NCBI GenBank assembly: GCA_014727915.1
Contig: WJMO01000001.1
Coordinates: 1 to 62,005 of the forward strand
Origin: Candidatus Altiarchaeales archaeon
GTDB taxonomy: Archaea; Altiarchaeota; Altiarchaeia; IMC4; SCGC-AAA252-I15
Direction: 5' to 3'
Length of the DNA: 62,005 nucleotides
Positions within the stretch are counted from its first letter, which is position 1; each line of letters begins with the position of its first letter. Below, in pieces: positions 10,569-21,216 of this stretch. The translations under genes were made by a program, and so were the position numbers. The notes under the pieces were generated by a model. The model was given only the letters and a program-made list of their open reading frames with translations. It searched no databases and had not been told where the DNA came from.

Positions 10569-11679
10569 CTTCCAGGTACCTCACATATTCGCTGACAGCC
10601 AAATCCCATGTGTGTTCCCTTATGGCCTTGAACCCGTTCTCTGCGATCCTCATCCTCTTACCCCTGTCAACAGCCAGGCCCAGGACCGCGTCCACGTATC
10701 CCTGCACGTCGGACGGGTCGATCATGACGGCGTCCTCCCCGTCCCGGGCGATGTCGACTATTGTAAGGCAGTGGGTGGAGCACACCACCGCCAGCTTGAA
10801 CGCCATGGCCTCCAAAACAGAGAACGGCCCGGACTCGTACAGTGACGGCAATAATAGGATGTCCATGGATTCCAGGTAATCCTTGAGCTCATCGTATCCG
10901 TCGAATGAAGGGAGTATTTGGACGTTTTCCGCGTGTTCGGTGAATGCCTTCCTCGCCTTTTCGTCTGGTCCGTCTCCCACGCCAAGCAGGTGGAAGCGTA
11001 TGTTTTTGTTCCGTTCCAGTACCGCAGGTATTATCTCTTCCATAGGACCGCTTCCCTTCCTCAGGTTCCAAGTTCCTATGAACGCGACATTCACCCCCTC
11101 ATGTGCCTTCTTCTCCGCTGACATGTATAGTTCCGGCTCTACCGATATGGTGGAGAGTATGACCTTCTGCCCTGGGTGTTTTCTCTTCAGGTATTCCCTG
11201 CAGGTTTTGTTGTAGATGATGTTCGCCTCCGACGTGGAGAACGCCAGGTTGTTGAGGGAGTTCCTGATACCCCGCATGACCCGGGTCTTCTTCGGGAAGT
11301 CGTGCACTCTGGATTCCATCTCGAACACCAGCTCCTCCGGCCCGTGAGATCGGATGAGACACCTGGGCAGTAACGGCAGCAGCTTCGCCAAAATGCAGTA
11401 GAAGTAGGCGGAGGGCTCGTGTATCTCCACGAACCGCATCCTCTCCCCGTTCACAAGGCGCCATAGTATCCGAGAGGCTATGACATAGGGTGAGAGGTAC
11501 TTCTTAAGAAGAGGATGGAGCCTAGACTCCAGGCTGGATTGGAACATCAGCCTGCAGTTGAACCCGTGCCTGCTGACGTGCTTTGCAGTGTAGTACATCA
11601 GGTTGTGCATGCCGCCGACCTTGTCAGGTATGGACGCGCACATCAGCACATCCACCGTCCCATTATCTTCTTTGCTCAT
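10549..11679 (-). CDS. GT4 glycosyltransferase
   Basis: FIGTWNLRKG, PSLYESGPFSVLEAMA; start moved to ATG 11679, which follows a GAGGAGG RBS. Confidence 0.88.
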   Translation of the reverse strand: MSKEDNGTVDVLMCASIPDKVGGMHNLMYYTAKHVSRHGFNCRLMFQSSLESRLHPLLKKYLSPYVIASRILWRLVNGERMRFVEIHEPSAYFYCILAKLLPLLPRCLIRSHGPEELVFEMESRVHDFPKKTRVMRGIRNSLNNLAFSTSEANIIYNKTCREYLKRKHPGQKVILSTISVEPELYMSAEKKAHEGVNVAFIGTWNLRKGSGPMEEIIPAVLERNKNIRFHLLGVGDGPDEKARKAFTEHAENVQILPSFDGYDELKDYLESMDILLLPSLYESGPFSVLEAMAFKLAVVCSTHCLTIVDIARDGEDAVMIDPSDVQGYVDAVLGLAVDRGKRMRIAENGFKAIREHTWDLAVSEYVRYLEDELRKD

Positions 11680-12700
11680 GGACCTCCTCGTATACCTTGT
11701 ACGTACTATCCGCTTCACGTTGCAGCGTTAGTTCCCCGGCCTTATCCAGTCCTTTCCGCGCTAACTTCGTCCTATCTGACGCCAGCATATCCCTCACCTT
11801 AGAACCGGCCTCGCCAACATCATACGGGGAGGTGAACTCCACAGCACCGTCGAAGAGCTCGTGGAAGACGGGTATGTCGGAGCATAGGACCGGGCAGCCG
11901 GCCGCCATCGCCTCCGTCACAGGATGCCCGAACCCCTCATGCAAGGAGGGCATAAACAGCAGGTCGGCCATGTTATAGTAGCCGTTGAGCCGGATGTCAT
12001 CCAAGGGAGGATCAATCTGCAAGACCCTGGTTGAAAGGCCTTCACGGGCCATGAACCTCCTATCCGACCTGTTCAAAAAGCCGACCTTAACCAGGTTAGC
12101 GCCCTCTATATCCTTCAACACTTCAAGAATGAATCTCACGTTCTTCCTCGGATACGAGGAGCCCACATGCAGGATTGTCGGGTTGGTGAATCCATGCTTC
12201 TTCCTGAGAAACCCCCGGTCGTGGAGGGGCTTGAACACGCCCCCCACACCGTGGTAGACGACCTCTATACTCTCATCGGCTATGTTGAAGTGGCGCATCA
12301 AAGCGTCCTTGGTGGACTGTGACACCGCTATTATCTTCGCGGCCCTCGGGAGGCATGACACGTTGAGGCGGTATCTCATCAGCCCCAGCTTCGACGCCTC
12401 CCCCGGAGCATCCAAGGGTATGAGATCCTGGCAGGTGACCAGCGTCTTCGACGGGTCCAATGCCCTCAGAAGACCCGCGTAGCTGTGGTCTGAGATGTGG
12501 TTTACGTCGCCCTGATGTCCTCTGGCGGCAAGCGGGTATATGACCTCCTTGTGGAGGTAGTGTTTTATGAACGGCAGGGAAGGTGCACGTATCGAGTATC
12601 CCCTGACGTTATCTGGTAGGTTGTCTAGCAGGTTTGTGGTGTAGCGTATGTCACTCGCCCAACCGCCCCAGGAAACGTTCCTATACAACGTCACATCCAT
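11663..12700 (-). CDS. GT4 glycosyltransferase
   Basis: HVGSSYPRKN, PSLHEGFGHPVTEAMAAG; start moved to ATG 12700. Confidence 0.9.
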   Translation of the reverse strand: MDVTLYRNVSWGGWASDIRYTTNLLDNLPDNVRGYSIRAPSLPFIKHYLHKEVIYPLAARGHQGDVNHISDHSYAGLLRALDPSKTLVTCQDLIPLDAPGEASKLGLMRYRLNVSCLPRAAKIIAVSQSTKDALMRHFNIADESIEVVYHGVGGVFKPLHDRGFLRKKHGFTNPTILHVGSSYPRKNVRFILEVLKDIEGANLVKVGFLNRSDRRFMAREGLSTRVLQIDPPLDDIRLNGYYNMADLLFMPSLHEGFGHPVTEAMAAGCPVLCSDIPVFHELFDGAVEFTSPYDVGEAGSKVRDMLASDRTKLARKGLDKAGELTLQREADSTYKVYEEVHEQRR

Positions 12701-12722
12701 TTGAAACCTTAGGAGATGAATA

Positions 12723-13925
12723 TTATGGATTGCGGGTGAAAAAAAACCGCACATGCTCTCCAACCACCTTTTCCAAGGTGAAATGGGAGTCGTAAAATTC
12801 CCGGGAGACTCGCCCAAGCTCCCTTATCCTCTCCCTGTCACCCGCCAGACCAGCAACGGCCTCGGCGAAACCATCGGCGTCGGAGGGGTCCGTCAAGGAT
12901 ATGGAGGGGACGCCCTTGAAGACGTCGTCCAAGTTAACGCCGGTGGTGGTGGCCGCCGGCATGCCCGCGTTCAACCCGGCCATGAGGGAGCCCCGCCTCG
13001 TGGAGGCCCCGTCTATGAAAGGTGAGAGGTAGATGTCGCCTATGGAAAGGAGCTCCTCGACTTTGGAGGCTGGTATCGTCCCAGTGGATACCATATGTCC
13101 CGCAACGTCTGGGTCTCCAGCGTGCCCGGCAGCCTTTTCAGTTTCTTCTCCGATGCACAGCAGCTTCGCCCCTACACCCGATCGGAGGGTCTTCTCCAGC
13201 GCCGACACGCAGTGGCCGAACAATTTGGACTCGTGCATTGTGCCCATGAAGACGAGCACTACCTCATCCTCCGATATCCCGTATTCTCCCATCAGCTCCT
13301 TCCTGCGTTGACCTGATATTTCCACCCTTTTGAAGTTGGAGAAGACGGGGATCGTGAACGTCTTGCCCCTGAGGAAAGGCAGGACCTTACAGGACCTCCG
13401 CTCGTAAGAGCGGGTTGAGACCCCCACCTTGGAGGAGCATAAGCCTATTACCGCGTAGACGAGCCAGTTATAGACGGCGAAGGGCATCTGCAGGGGATAT
13501 TTCGGGCTGAAGGGCAGCGCTATCTCGTGCAGGTAGAAGGAGTAGTTGAAACCGGTGAGCCGCCAGTATAGGAGATGCAGTGGGAGGGCCAGTGTGAGCC
13601 CCTGCCAGCCGTATATCTGGGGTGTGTATTGGAAGCATATGTGGTCGTAGTCTCCAGACCTGATAAGCTTGTCTAAAACCCTGAACCCATGCCATCCAGA
13701 GGATTTCCTGGCATGGAATACTCTGGGATTCCCGCCGGAATCGCTCTCGCCGCCGCTTTCGCCCGGGTAAGAGAACACATCGACTTTGAAGGTTTCAGCC
13801 AGCTTCCGCGAGAATAGGCCCGCATATGCGGGAATCCCTCCGCGAAACCGGGGGGCGTCTGGTATATCACCGTCGGCTGGCAGGTACCTGTGGGTCACCA
13901 GCAGTATCTTGCCTTTTGCCTTCAT
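12723..13925 (-). CDS. GT4-like glycosyltransferase
   Basis: GGIPAYA, PFIDGASTRRGSLMAGL (variant GT-B motif). Confidence 0.82.
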   Translation of the reverse strand: MKAKGKILLVTHRYLPADGDIPDAPRFRGGIPAYAGLFSRKLAETFKVDVFSYPGESGGESDSGGNPRVFHARKSSGWHGFRVLDKLIRSGDYDHICFQYTPQIYGWQGLTLALPLHLLYWRLTGFNYSFYLHEIALPFSPKYPLQMPFAVYNWLVYAVIGLCSSKVGVSTRSYERRSCKVLPFLRGKTFTIPVFSNFKRVEISGQRRKELMGEYGISEDEVVLVFMGTMHESKLFGHCVSALEKTLRSGVGAKLLCIGEETEKAAGHAGDPDVAGHMVSTGTIPASKVEELLSIGDIYLSPFIDGASTRRGSLMAGLNAGMPAATTTGVNLDDVFKGVPSISLTDPSDADGFAEAVAGLAGDRERIRELGRVSREFYDSHFTLEKVVGEHVRFFFTRNP

Positions 13926-15064
13926 ATCAAGCCCCCAGCCAGCCGATACACCTCGTTCAAGTTCCTCATGTGCGCTTCCATCGTGTACTCCCTCTCATAT
14001 AAGCTTCGGGCTTCACCGCCCATCTTCCGCAGCTCGGTTGGGTTTGACAACAGTGAAGCTATGTTCTCTGCCCACGCGTCAACGTCACCTGGCGGCGTGA
14101 GAACACCTGTCTCACCGTCTACTATGTGCTCTGGTATGCCGCCGATATTTGAGGCTATCACCGGCCGGCCATGGGAATATGCTTCCAATGTAACGAGGCC
14201 TGCAGGCTCAGGCCACAAGGAAGGGAAGACAACAAGGCTAGCCTCCTCGTAGAGTTCTGCCATCTTCCCGCTCTCGCACCAACCATGCCAGCTTACCCTA
14301 TCCCCCAAGCCAAGAGTTCTGCCCTTTGCCCTTAGACTTTCCCCGTGCCAGCCGTCCCCCGCAACGTCCAATGTGACGTCCTCGCCCAACGCCGCCATCA
14401 CATCCAAAAGTAGGCCAACGCCCTTGTGAGCAACCAGACGGCCTGCGAACAGCATCTTCTTCGAGTTGAAGTCATGGTCTGCCCCGGCATCTTGGAGTGG
14501 TGGCCCGGCAATACCATAGTGGACGGTGTGCAACCTGTCCTCGGGAAAGCCGGTTTTCAGGAGGTTTCCACGGACATAATCGCTGTTGGCTATCACATGA
14601 ACTCCGGAATCCCTTAAAGTGCGATTCTCCCTTGACGACTCCCTGATGTTCCCTAGGACCCTATGAGGCCTGCGTGAGCCGCAACCATCCACCAGGTGAT
14701 GGTATGCGCATTTGAAGGGGGACATTTTTATCACGCACTCCCGCTCAATTCTGGGATAATACTTTGTGCCTGAGGGGCAGTAGGGGTCGTGGTTGTGGAG
14801 GTGGTATACCGTCGGATACCGGGGCCTGCCGGCGGGCAATACGTTGTGCAAGTGGACGATATCTCCTGTCTCCTGGAGGGGCAGGGCCTCCAGATCATCC
14901 AATAAAGGATATTCGACCACGTCAACGCCTGGAATGTCAGAGCCGCATCCTTCCAAAGTGCTTATCCTGACCGTTGAATGCGTGGACTGGGCTGCCGCGA
15001 CCGATTTCAGGTAGGTTTCAACACCGCCCTGTGATGAGAGGTACTTGTGGACGTGGTTGAGCAT
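13922..15064 (-). CDS. GT4 glycosyltransferase with Cys-containing insert
   Basis: GGVETY, HNHDPYCP, FAGRLVAHKG, PSLWPEPAGLVTLEA. Confidence 0.9.
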   Translation of the reverse strand: MLNHVHKYLSSQGGVETYLKSVAAAQSTHSTVRISTLEGCGSDIPGVDVVEYPLLDDLEALPLQETGDIVHLHNVLPAGRPRYPTVYHLHNHDPYCPSGTKYYPRIERECVIKMSPFKCAYHHLVDGCGSRRPHRVLGNIRESSRENRTLRDSGVHVIANSDYVRGNLLKTGFPEDRLHTVHYGIAGPPLQDAGADHDFNSKKMLFAGRLVAHKGVGLLLDVMAALGEDVTLDVAGDGWHGESLRAKGRTLGLGDRVSWHGWCESGKMAELYEEASLVVFPSLWPEPAGLVTLEAYSHGRPVIASNIGGIPEHIVDGETGVLTPPGDVDAWAENIASLLSNPTELRKMGGEARSLYEREYTMEAHMRNLNEVYRLAGGLI

Positions 15065-15092
15065 GGGTTAGATATGAAACCATCATATTAAA

Positions 15093-16262
15093 TTAAGCCA
15101 ATACCCTCTCATATAGGCCAATCAGCCTTTCACCATAGCGTTTCCACGTGTAATCCCGGACGCATTCGACCGCGGAGGACCCAATACTCCCAGCTTCGTC
15201 TGGATTTTCGTGGAGGTATTTTATCCGGTCAGCCAGGGATTCAGCATCCCTTACCGGAACGATGAAGCCGCCACTTCCATCGTCTATTATGTCCGCACCA
15301 CCGGAGTTCGGGGTCGTTATTACAGGTAGACCGCATGCGAGGGCCTCGAACAGGACAAGAGCGAATCCCTCCTCCAATGTGGGAAGGGCGAAGACGGACG
15401 CTTTCCGGTACTCCGCAACCATCTGAGATGAGGGCACCATGCCCTTCACTGTGATATTGTCGAACCTGCCGGTGTATTCCCCGAGCATTTCCCTCATCTC
15501 CGGGAACACCTTCCCCACCAGGACTAGCTCGGCATCTTCCAAGCCCAACCTCTCCCATGCCTCCAGCAGGTAGGGCACGCCCTTGCGGCATGATATGTGA
15601 CCTGCGAAGAGGACCCTGAAGGTGTCATCCGCTTTTTCTCCCGGGCTGAACACATCGCTGTCGTATCCGTAGGGTGTGACGTGGACCTTCGACTTGCTCA
15701 CACCCTCCTCGATGAAGGATTGTCTAACAAACTCTGATGGGACGCTTATGACATCGGCTTCCTCGTATTCGATGAGGCCTCGTGAGACCTCAGCATCCTC
15801 GACGTGCCTGCCTTTCACATCCCATCTGCGGAACTCCTCGTCCAGTATCCTCTTCTGGGTTAGTATGTGGCTGTTAGGCCGCTCCAACACTGCCAAAGCC
15901 CCCCTCTCCCTCGCAGACCTCATAGAATGCAATGACTGCAGAGACCAGCCGTGGAAGACATCGCAGTCCACTATCTTCCGCGAGGCCAGCCGGTCGTATA
16001 CGCCGCCCTTGAACGCGTAACCGTTTGGCGAGCCGAATAGCATGGCAGACCTCATGAGAAGCTTGTCTGTTATCCCGCCGCCAGGCAGAACGTCGAATAC
16101 CACGTCTTCAGGAATCTCAACCTGGTCGTGGTAAGCGCACAACACCCTCTCTAGCCTCCCGTGGTCGTGTATTCCCTTGGCTGAATGGTAGCCTGTCGTC
16201 CCGACCCCCACACCGCCCAAGCAGGCGCCGATGGAGTATATGCACCTCATATGTGACACCAA
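15093..16262 (-). CDS. GT4 glycosyltransferase
   Basis: FAGHISCRKG, PTLEEGFALVLFEALACGLP. Confidence 0.92.
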   Translation of the reverse strand: MVSHMRCIYSIGACLGGVGVGTTGYHSAKGIHDHGRLERVLCAYHDQVEIPEDVVFDVLPGGGITDKLLMRSAMLFGSPNGYAFKGGVYDRLASRKIVDCDVFHGWSLQSLHSMRSARERGALAVLERPNSHILTQKRILDEEFRRWDVKGRHVEDAEVSRGLIEYEEADVISVPSEFVRQSFIEEGVSKSKVHVTPYGYDSDVFSPGEKADDTFRVLFAGHISCRKGVPYLLEAWERLGLEDAELVLVGKVFPEMREMLGEYTGRFDNITVKGMVPSSQMVAEYRKASVFALPTLEEGFALVLFEALACGLPVITTPNSGGADIIDDGSGGFIVPVRDAESLADRIKYLHENPDEAGSIGSSAVECVRDYTWKRYGERLIGLYERVLA

Positions 16263-16265
16263 TGT

Positions 16266-17720
16266 TCAGTCGACGATCTTCCTGAGGATCCTGAAAAACC
16301 GTGATTTTATCAGGATGGTTTCAGAATGGCCCAAAAGCAGGGATAGTTTGGAAGACCTGAGGATATCATATGCTGCAGTCCACGAACCCGAAAGTAACAG
16401 ATTGTTCAGCCGGCTTTCGTTGAATGCATTCTGCAATGTGGTTTTCATGATGCTTGCCTCGACCATCTTGTTCTTCACGTCCCTTTGACCGCGGCCGTAA
16501 TAGTCGGACGCCCCGAACACGACCCCCAGCGAGAGCCATAACGTCCAGCCTCCGTTGCCGTATATGTTCATCATCATGGAAATCGCAGCCAATGAGATGA
16601 AAGACGCCATTACAACCCTGGCTTCAAAACCCCGCTCCGAATTGTAGGCTCTGATGAACTCCTTTACTATGATGAGATACAGGAATAATAAGGCAGCCAA
16701 TCCGGGGATCCCCAGCTCGGCAGCGACGATCCTAAGGTATATGTCTCCCAGGTATATGTCCAACGGCTCCACCCCAAACAATTGCGGGGATATCATCTCC
16801 GAATGCCTGAGTCCGGCGCCAAGCGGGTATCTCAAGAGTATGTCGGGCAGGGTCTTCCAGGCGAACCCCCTGGACCTCCAGTAAGCGTGAATCGGGTCTT
16901 CAAGCTCCAGGTACCTCTGCCTCTGATAGGGCACCAGGAAGTTATCGAACAACACGAGCATGACGATCAACCCAACAGCCAAGGTCAGGGCTATCTTCTT
17001 CACATTCTTGAAGGTGACCATCTGGTTAAACCTCAAAACAGCGAATACCAGGATCGAGGAGAACATTGCCAGGATGCCCATCCTGATGCCTGACATAATA
17101 GTGAAAGAGAGTAGGTCCAGGGCAATCAGCCCGTACAAGAGACGGTTCTGACCCCTGTAGAAGAAGCAAAGGCAGAAGATGAAGCCGAGTATGTACCAGT
17201 GGACTGGGGGGAGCAGATCGAAGGCTATGGGACCGTATCCGTATGCGTGGGCGATCATGAATTCCGTGGGCTCATAGGGCATGTAGTCCAGGTATTCTGG
17301 AAAACCGACCGAAAGCTGGAAAACCGCGAGGAGCGAAGAGAGAGCAGCCAGGAATATGAGCAGCTTCATGAGCTTGTCTATCCGCTCCCTGTCAAGGAGA
17401 CGGTAGCCTATGAAGAACAGGGGCATGTACCCGACCTGGTAGAACAGGCCCAGAACGCTTAATAGAACACCCTTGCCCGTAAGCATGAGGGGGTTGAAAA
17501 GCTGCGCCAGAACGACCGAGGTGAACACGAGTATCGGCACTGTGATTGGAGAGCGGTAGTCCCTGACCCGGAGGAACGCCAGGAATGCTAGATAAGCTGC
17601 TATCACGTATTTGAATCCGTGGGCGAGGGGATGGTATCCCGTGACTAGCTTTATGAAGCTGTCGAAGTGCATGTAGACGATGAAGAACAGGAGCGCGCGG
17701 AAAACGTGATCGTCTTTCAT
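16266..17720 (-). CDS. Polytopic membrane protein, O-antigen polymerase/ligase (Wzy/WaaL)-like
   Basis: ~11-12 hydrophobic segments, SGIR, YPLGAGL, YLRIVAAELGIPGL motif; cluster context. Confidence 0.7.
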   Translation of the reverse strand: MKDDHVFRALLFFIVYMHFDSFIKLVTGYHPLAHGFKYVIAAYLAFLAFLRVRDYRSPITVPILVFTSVVLAQLFNPLMLTGKGVLLSVLGLFYQVGYMPLFFIGYRLLDRERIDKLMKLLIFLAALSSLLAVFQLSVGFPEYLDYMPYEPTEFMIAHAYGYGPIAFDLLPPVHWYILGFIFCLCFFYRGQNRLLYGLIALDLLSFTIMSGIRMGILAMFSSILVFAVLRFNQMVTFKNVKKIALTLAVGLIVMLVLFDNFLVPYQRQRYLELEDPIHAYWRSRGFAWKTLPDILLRYPLGAGLRHSEMISPQLFGVEPLDIYLGDIYLRIVAAELGIPGLAALLFLYLIIVKEFIRAYNSERGFEARVVMASFISLAAISMMMNIYGNGGWTLWLSLGVVFGASDYYGRGQRDVKNKMVEASIMKTTLQNAFNESRLNNLLLSGSWTAAYDILRSSKLSLLLGHSETILIKSRFFRILRKIVD

Positions 17721-17747
17721 GTTATAACCCAGCCACAGGATGCCAAC

Positions 17748-18587
17748 CTAACCCATCACATCGATTATTTTAGCCTCGAACTCGAACTTATCACCGAGTA
17801 TCCTTATGTCATGCCCTGTCTTGAGCTCCTGTCCCATCTTATAGTAGTATTCACCGCCTATCATGTCCGCTTCGACGACCACCTCCAATTCCAGGTCTTT
17901 GTTGAAGGGATGTTCTTTGACCAGCACATCCCCCGACTCCGTGACAACGATCATCTTGGAGGGCGAGGCTGAGACGTCAACCAACTCCGCTATCTTAGAG
18001 CCTGCACTGTCATGCTCTGCCAAGCCGACCTCATATGACCCTACAAACTCGGGGGGAACGTCCTTATCAGACAATAGCAGCGTCTTCCGCTCCGACACTA
18101 CCGGGTTTGACCCTTCGATATCCTGGACCAGGTGCTTGAACGCCAGGATGTCCGATGTGAAGTCATGTGCTGTGTCGATCTTGAGAGGGTTCTCCCGGAA
18201 GAAGATCTCCCCCCCATACTTGCGGGCCTTAAGCTTTATTTTCAGGTATATCCTGTTATTGCCGCCCTGGTCGATGGTCTTAACCTCCTCTATCCTCGCT
18301 ATGACGTCCCCGGATTCGTCGCGCATCACCATGCCTGGTTCGAAGAAGGATGAGACCCTGTCGTTGTGTGCCATCATGCAATCCTCCACTCTGAAGTCCT
18401 CCCTTGCTTCACCCACAAAGCATACGATCGATTCTACATCGACCCATTCCATGGGCTTGGGGAAGAGGATTCGGTTCAAACCCCATAGTAGGACCAGCAG
18501 AATGACCAAGAGCACAAAGAGGTCTATGATGTTCACTTTCCCCATCAGGCGTCCCTCCCCGTCAACCAACCCCTGTTTAGACCGCAT
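17748..18587 (-). CDS. DUF4330-like membrane-anchored protein
   Basis: N-terminal GRLMGKVNIIDLFVLL signature, followed by two similar beta domains. Confidence 0.7.
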   Translation of the reverse strand: MRSKQGLVDGEGRLMGKVNIIDLFVLLVILLVLLWGLNRILFPKPMEWVDVESIVCFVGEAREDFRVEDCMMAHNDRVSSFFEPGMVMRDESGDVIARIEEVKTIDQGGNNRIYLKIKLKARKYGGEIFFRENPLKIDTAHDFTSDILAFKHLVQDIEGSNPVVSERKTLLLSDKDVPPEFVGSYEVGLAEHDSAGSKIAELVDVSASPSKMIVVTESGDVLVKEHPFNKDLELEVVVEADMIGGEYYYKMGQELKTGHDIRILGDKFEFEAKIIDVMG

Positions 18588-18672
18588 ACATCACCTGAGA
18601 GCACGTATTTTAAAACTGTTCAGTCAAAGTATAAAAAACACCGGGTTAAAACATGAGCGGATGAGGCGGATA

Positions 18673-20019
18673 ATGGGACATAAATGGTTTTGGGGTGTTT
18701 TGAAGGTCTCCGTCGACCTTCTGATGTTCAACCTCAGCTTCAAGGCAGCGCACACGCTGTCGAGCATAATATACCGTGGCCAGGTACTCCCCCAGGACAG
18801 CTACAACAGCATACTAGTGTTCGCCAACTTCACAATCCTTATGATATTCATCTTCACAGGCCTCTACCAGAGCAAGCGTAGCGTCTTCGACAGTGAGGAC
18901 TTCCTGAAGCTCATGGAATCCGTGTTCCTAGCCTATCTGATAATAACCGCGGCGACTTTCCTCACAAAGTCGGTCGAGTACAGCAGGCTGATAATAACGA
19001 ACACGTTCGCTGTCGGCCTATTGTCCATAAGCCTGGGCAGGGCGCTTCTCAACTACGTGCTGGTCGTCGTTCGAGAGATGGGGTGGGACCGGCAGAGGGC
19101 CGTTATATTGGGCAACGGAAGCGACGGGGAGAGCATACTCCGAAGGCTGAGGGAACGGCCGGAGCTCGGATACGACTTCGTGGGTTTCATCGGGTTCAAA
19201 AGTGATTTGAAGGATGATCTCCGGGGCCTGAGAGCCCAGACAGTGTTCATCATGTCCTCGGACGTCGACCAGGAGGAGCTGATAGAGCTGATGACGGAAT
19301 GCGAGGAGATGGACTTCAAGATAGTCCCCGACCTGGTCAAGCTGATATCCGAGCCGCTCAGCTTCGAGGAGTTCAGGGACATACCATTGATAACCGTGAA
19401 GGGGCGGGGATACAGGCCGCTCTACTCCAAGTATGTGAAAAGGGCGTTCGACGTGGTAGTGTCTTCGATGATGATAATACTTCTCAGTCCCGTGTTCGTC
19501 CTCTCAGCAGCGGCTATAAAGGCCACCAGCCGCGGTCCAGTATACTTCAGGCAGGTCAGGGTTGGCGAGGGAGAGAGGCTCTTCACACTGTACAAGTTCC
19601 GTACCATGCGGGAAGACGCCGAGGACAGCAAACCCGGGCTGAAGGACCTGAACGAAGTGAGTGGCCTGTTCAAGATCAAAGAGGATCCCAGGGTGACCGG
19701 CGTAGGGTACATCCTGAGGCGGGCGTGCATCGACGAGCTGCCCCAGCTATATAATATAGTAGTGGGGGACATGAGCCTGGTGGGGCCCCGACCCCACATA
19801 CCGGAGGAGATGGATTTGTTCAAGGGTTGGAGGAGGAACAGGTTCAAGGTAAAGCCGGGGCTGACAGGCTTGTGGCAGGTTAGCGGACGACATGAGATAG
19901 ACGTGGACAAGGCCGTGCTACTGGACATATACTACATAAAGCATATGAGCCCCATGCTGGACCTCAAGATACTCGTGAAGACCATACCGTCGATAATGCT
20001 GTCTAAGGGGCGGTGGTAG
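18673..20019 (+). CDS. WcaJ/WbaP-family polyprenyl-phosphate sugar phosphotransferase (priming glycosyltransferase)
   Basis: 4 TM + CoA-binding-like domain + KRAFD, YKFRTM, DPRVT, IDELPQL, GDMSLVGPRP, VKPGLTG; start trimmed from the 718-aa track ORF (ATG 18661 also possible). Confidence 0.92.
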   Translation: MGHKWFWGVLKVSVDLLMFNLSFKAAHTLSSIIYRGQVLPQDSYNSILVFANFTILMIFIFTGLYQSKRSVFDSEDFLKLMESVFLAYLIITAATFLTKSVEYSRLIITNTFAVGLLSISLGRALLNYVLVVVREMGWDRQRAVILGNGSDGESILRRLRERPELGYDFVGFIGFKSDLKDDLRGLRAQTVFIMSSDVDQEELIELMTECEEMDFKIVPDLVKLISEPLSFEEFRDIPLITVKGRGYRPLYSKYVKRAFDVVVSSMMIILLSPVFVLSAAAIKATSRGPVYFRQVRVGEGERLFTLYKFRTMREDAEDSKPGLKDLNEVSGLFKIKEDPRVTGVGYILRRACIDELPQLYNIVVGDMSLVGPRPHIPEEMDLFKGWRRNRFKVKPGLTGLWQVSGRHEIDVDKAVLLDIYYIKHMSPMLDLKILVKTIPSIMLSKGRW

Positions 20020-21181
20020 ATTTCACGAGTGACTTGTAGTATGCCGCCAGTTCATCCGCTATCCGGTCCCAGCTGTAGTCGGCGGCCTTCTCCAGGGCAT
20101 GAGCAGACATCCGAGCCCTGAGCTCCTCGTCGCCGAGCAACTGCTTGAAAGCGTATGCGAAGTCCTCCGGAGACCGGCCGGCAACGAGGCCCGCGCCGTC
20201 AACCAGTTCCCGGGCAGCGTTCCACCTGCTGTCTACCGTCACCACGGGAAGGCCGCATGCGAACGCCTCCAACACCACTATGCCAAATCCTTCTATCAGG
20301 GAGGGCAGCGCGAACACCCGGGAGGACTTGAGCAGGGAGTATAGTTCCCGGCGGTCCTCCACGACACCCCGGAAGTCTATGGTTCCGGAGAGGCCGTGCT
20401 CGTTCCTCCGAGCTATTAGTTCCTCTAGGTCGGGGCCGTCACCGACTATGCAAACCCTCAAATCCGGAAGATCCTCTGCGAGTATTTTCACCGCGTCTAA
20501 CAGGAGGGGCAGGTTCTTCTGGTGTATAAGCCTCCCGACGAAAACTATGTCATATTCTCCAGCAGACGGGTGTGAACCCCCTACCACTTTTGTGTCCACG
20601 CCGTTGTGGCTCACGAAAACACCATCAGGCCTGACACCCAACGCCACCACGTCGGATTTCGTCTTATCCGACACCGCTATATGGTACCTGCTCAGGAATC
20701 TCATCGTCTTCTCCAAGACAATAGCGATGAATCCCCTGTAGGGGCCGAGGTATGTGGGCCAGTAGTCCATGTAACACTGATGCCATGTGACAGCCAGCTT
20801 AGAACCTCGGACCAGGGAGGCCAGCTTGCACGCATAGGAGTGGAAGTATGGGAACCCCGAGCAGTCTATCACGTCATATCCTCCCTCGAGGAGGGGCTTC
20901 AACAGGCCTAACGCGAACAACATGGGCTCATATGCTCTTCGGGCGCCTGAGAAACTGTTCCCGCCACTGTACCTGCACACGCCATGGATGAACACACCAT
21001 CCCGTTCTATCACGTCAGGCCCGTCCCAGAGCTTCACGCCCAATAGGTGGACTTCATTGTCCCTTGCCAGCCGCTTCGCCAGCTCATGGTTGCGCAACTC
21101 CGCCCCTCCGACATAGTAGGGGTATATCATGTCATAGACCAACGCTATCTTAAGGCTTTTAGAACCTGAGTCCATCCTCAA
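20003..21181 (-). CDS. GT4 glycosyltransferase
   Basis: YPYYVGGAE, FVGRLIHQKN, PSLIEGFGIVVLEAFACG. Confidence 0.92.
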   Translation of the reverse strand: MRMDSGSKSLKIALVYDMIYPYYVGGAELRNHELAKRLARDNEVHLLGVKLWDGPDVIERDGVFIHGVCRYSGGNSFSGARRAYEPMLFALGLLKPLLEGGYDVIDCSGFPYFHSYACKLASLVRGSKLAVTWHQCYMDYWPTYLGPYRGFIAIVLEKTMRFLSRYHIAVSDKTKSDVVALGVRPDGVFVSHNGVDTKVVGGSHPSAGEYDIVFVGRLIHQKNLPLLLDAVKILAEDLPDLRVCIVGDGPDLEELIARRNEHGLSGTIDFRGVVEDRRELYSLLKSSRVFALPSLIEGFGIVVLEAFACGLPVVTVDSRWNAARELVDGAGLVAGRSPEDFAYAFKQLLGDEELRARMSAHALEKAADYSWDRIADELAAYYKSLVKSTTAP

Positions 21182-21216
21182 AACAAGATTTTAACCACTA
21201 ATTCCAGTTAAGACAA

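Noticed and set aside
17863-18672. N-terminal extension of the 718-aa track ORF
   Set aside because: Antisense shadow of the DUF4330-like gene; WcaJ-like sequence starts near 18661-18673.
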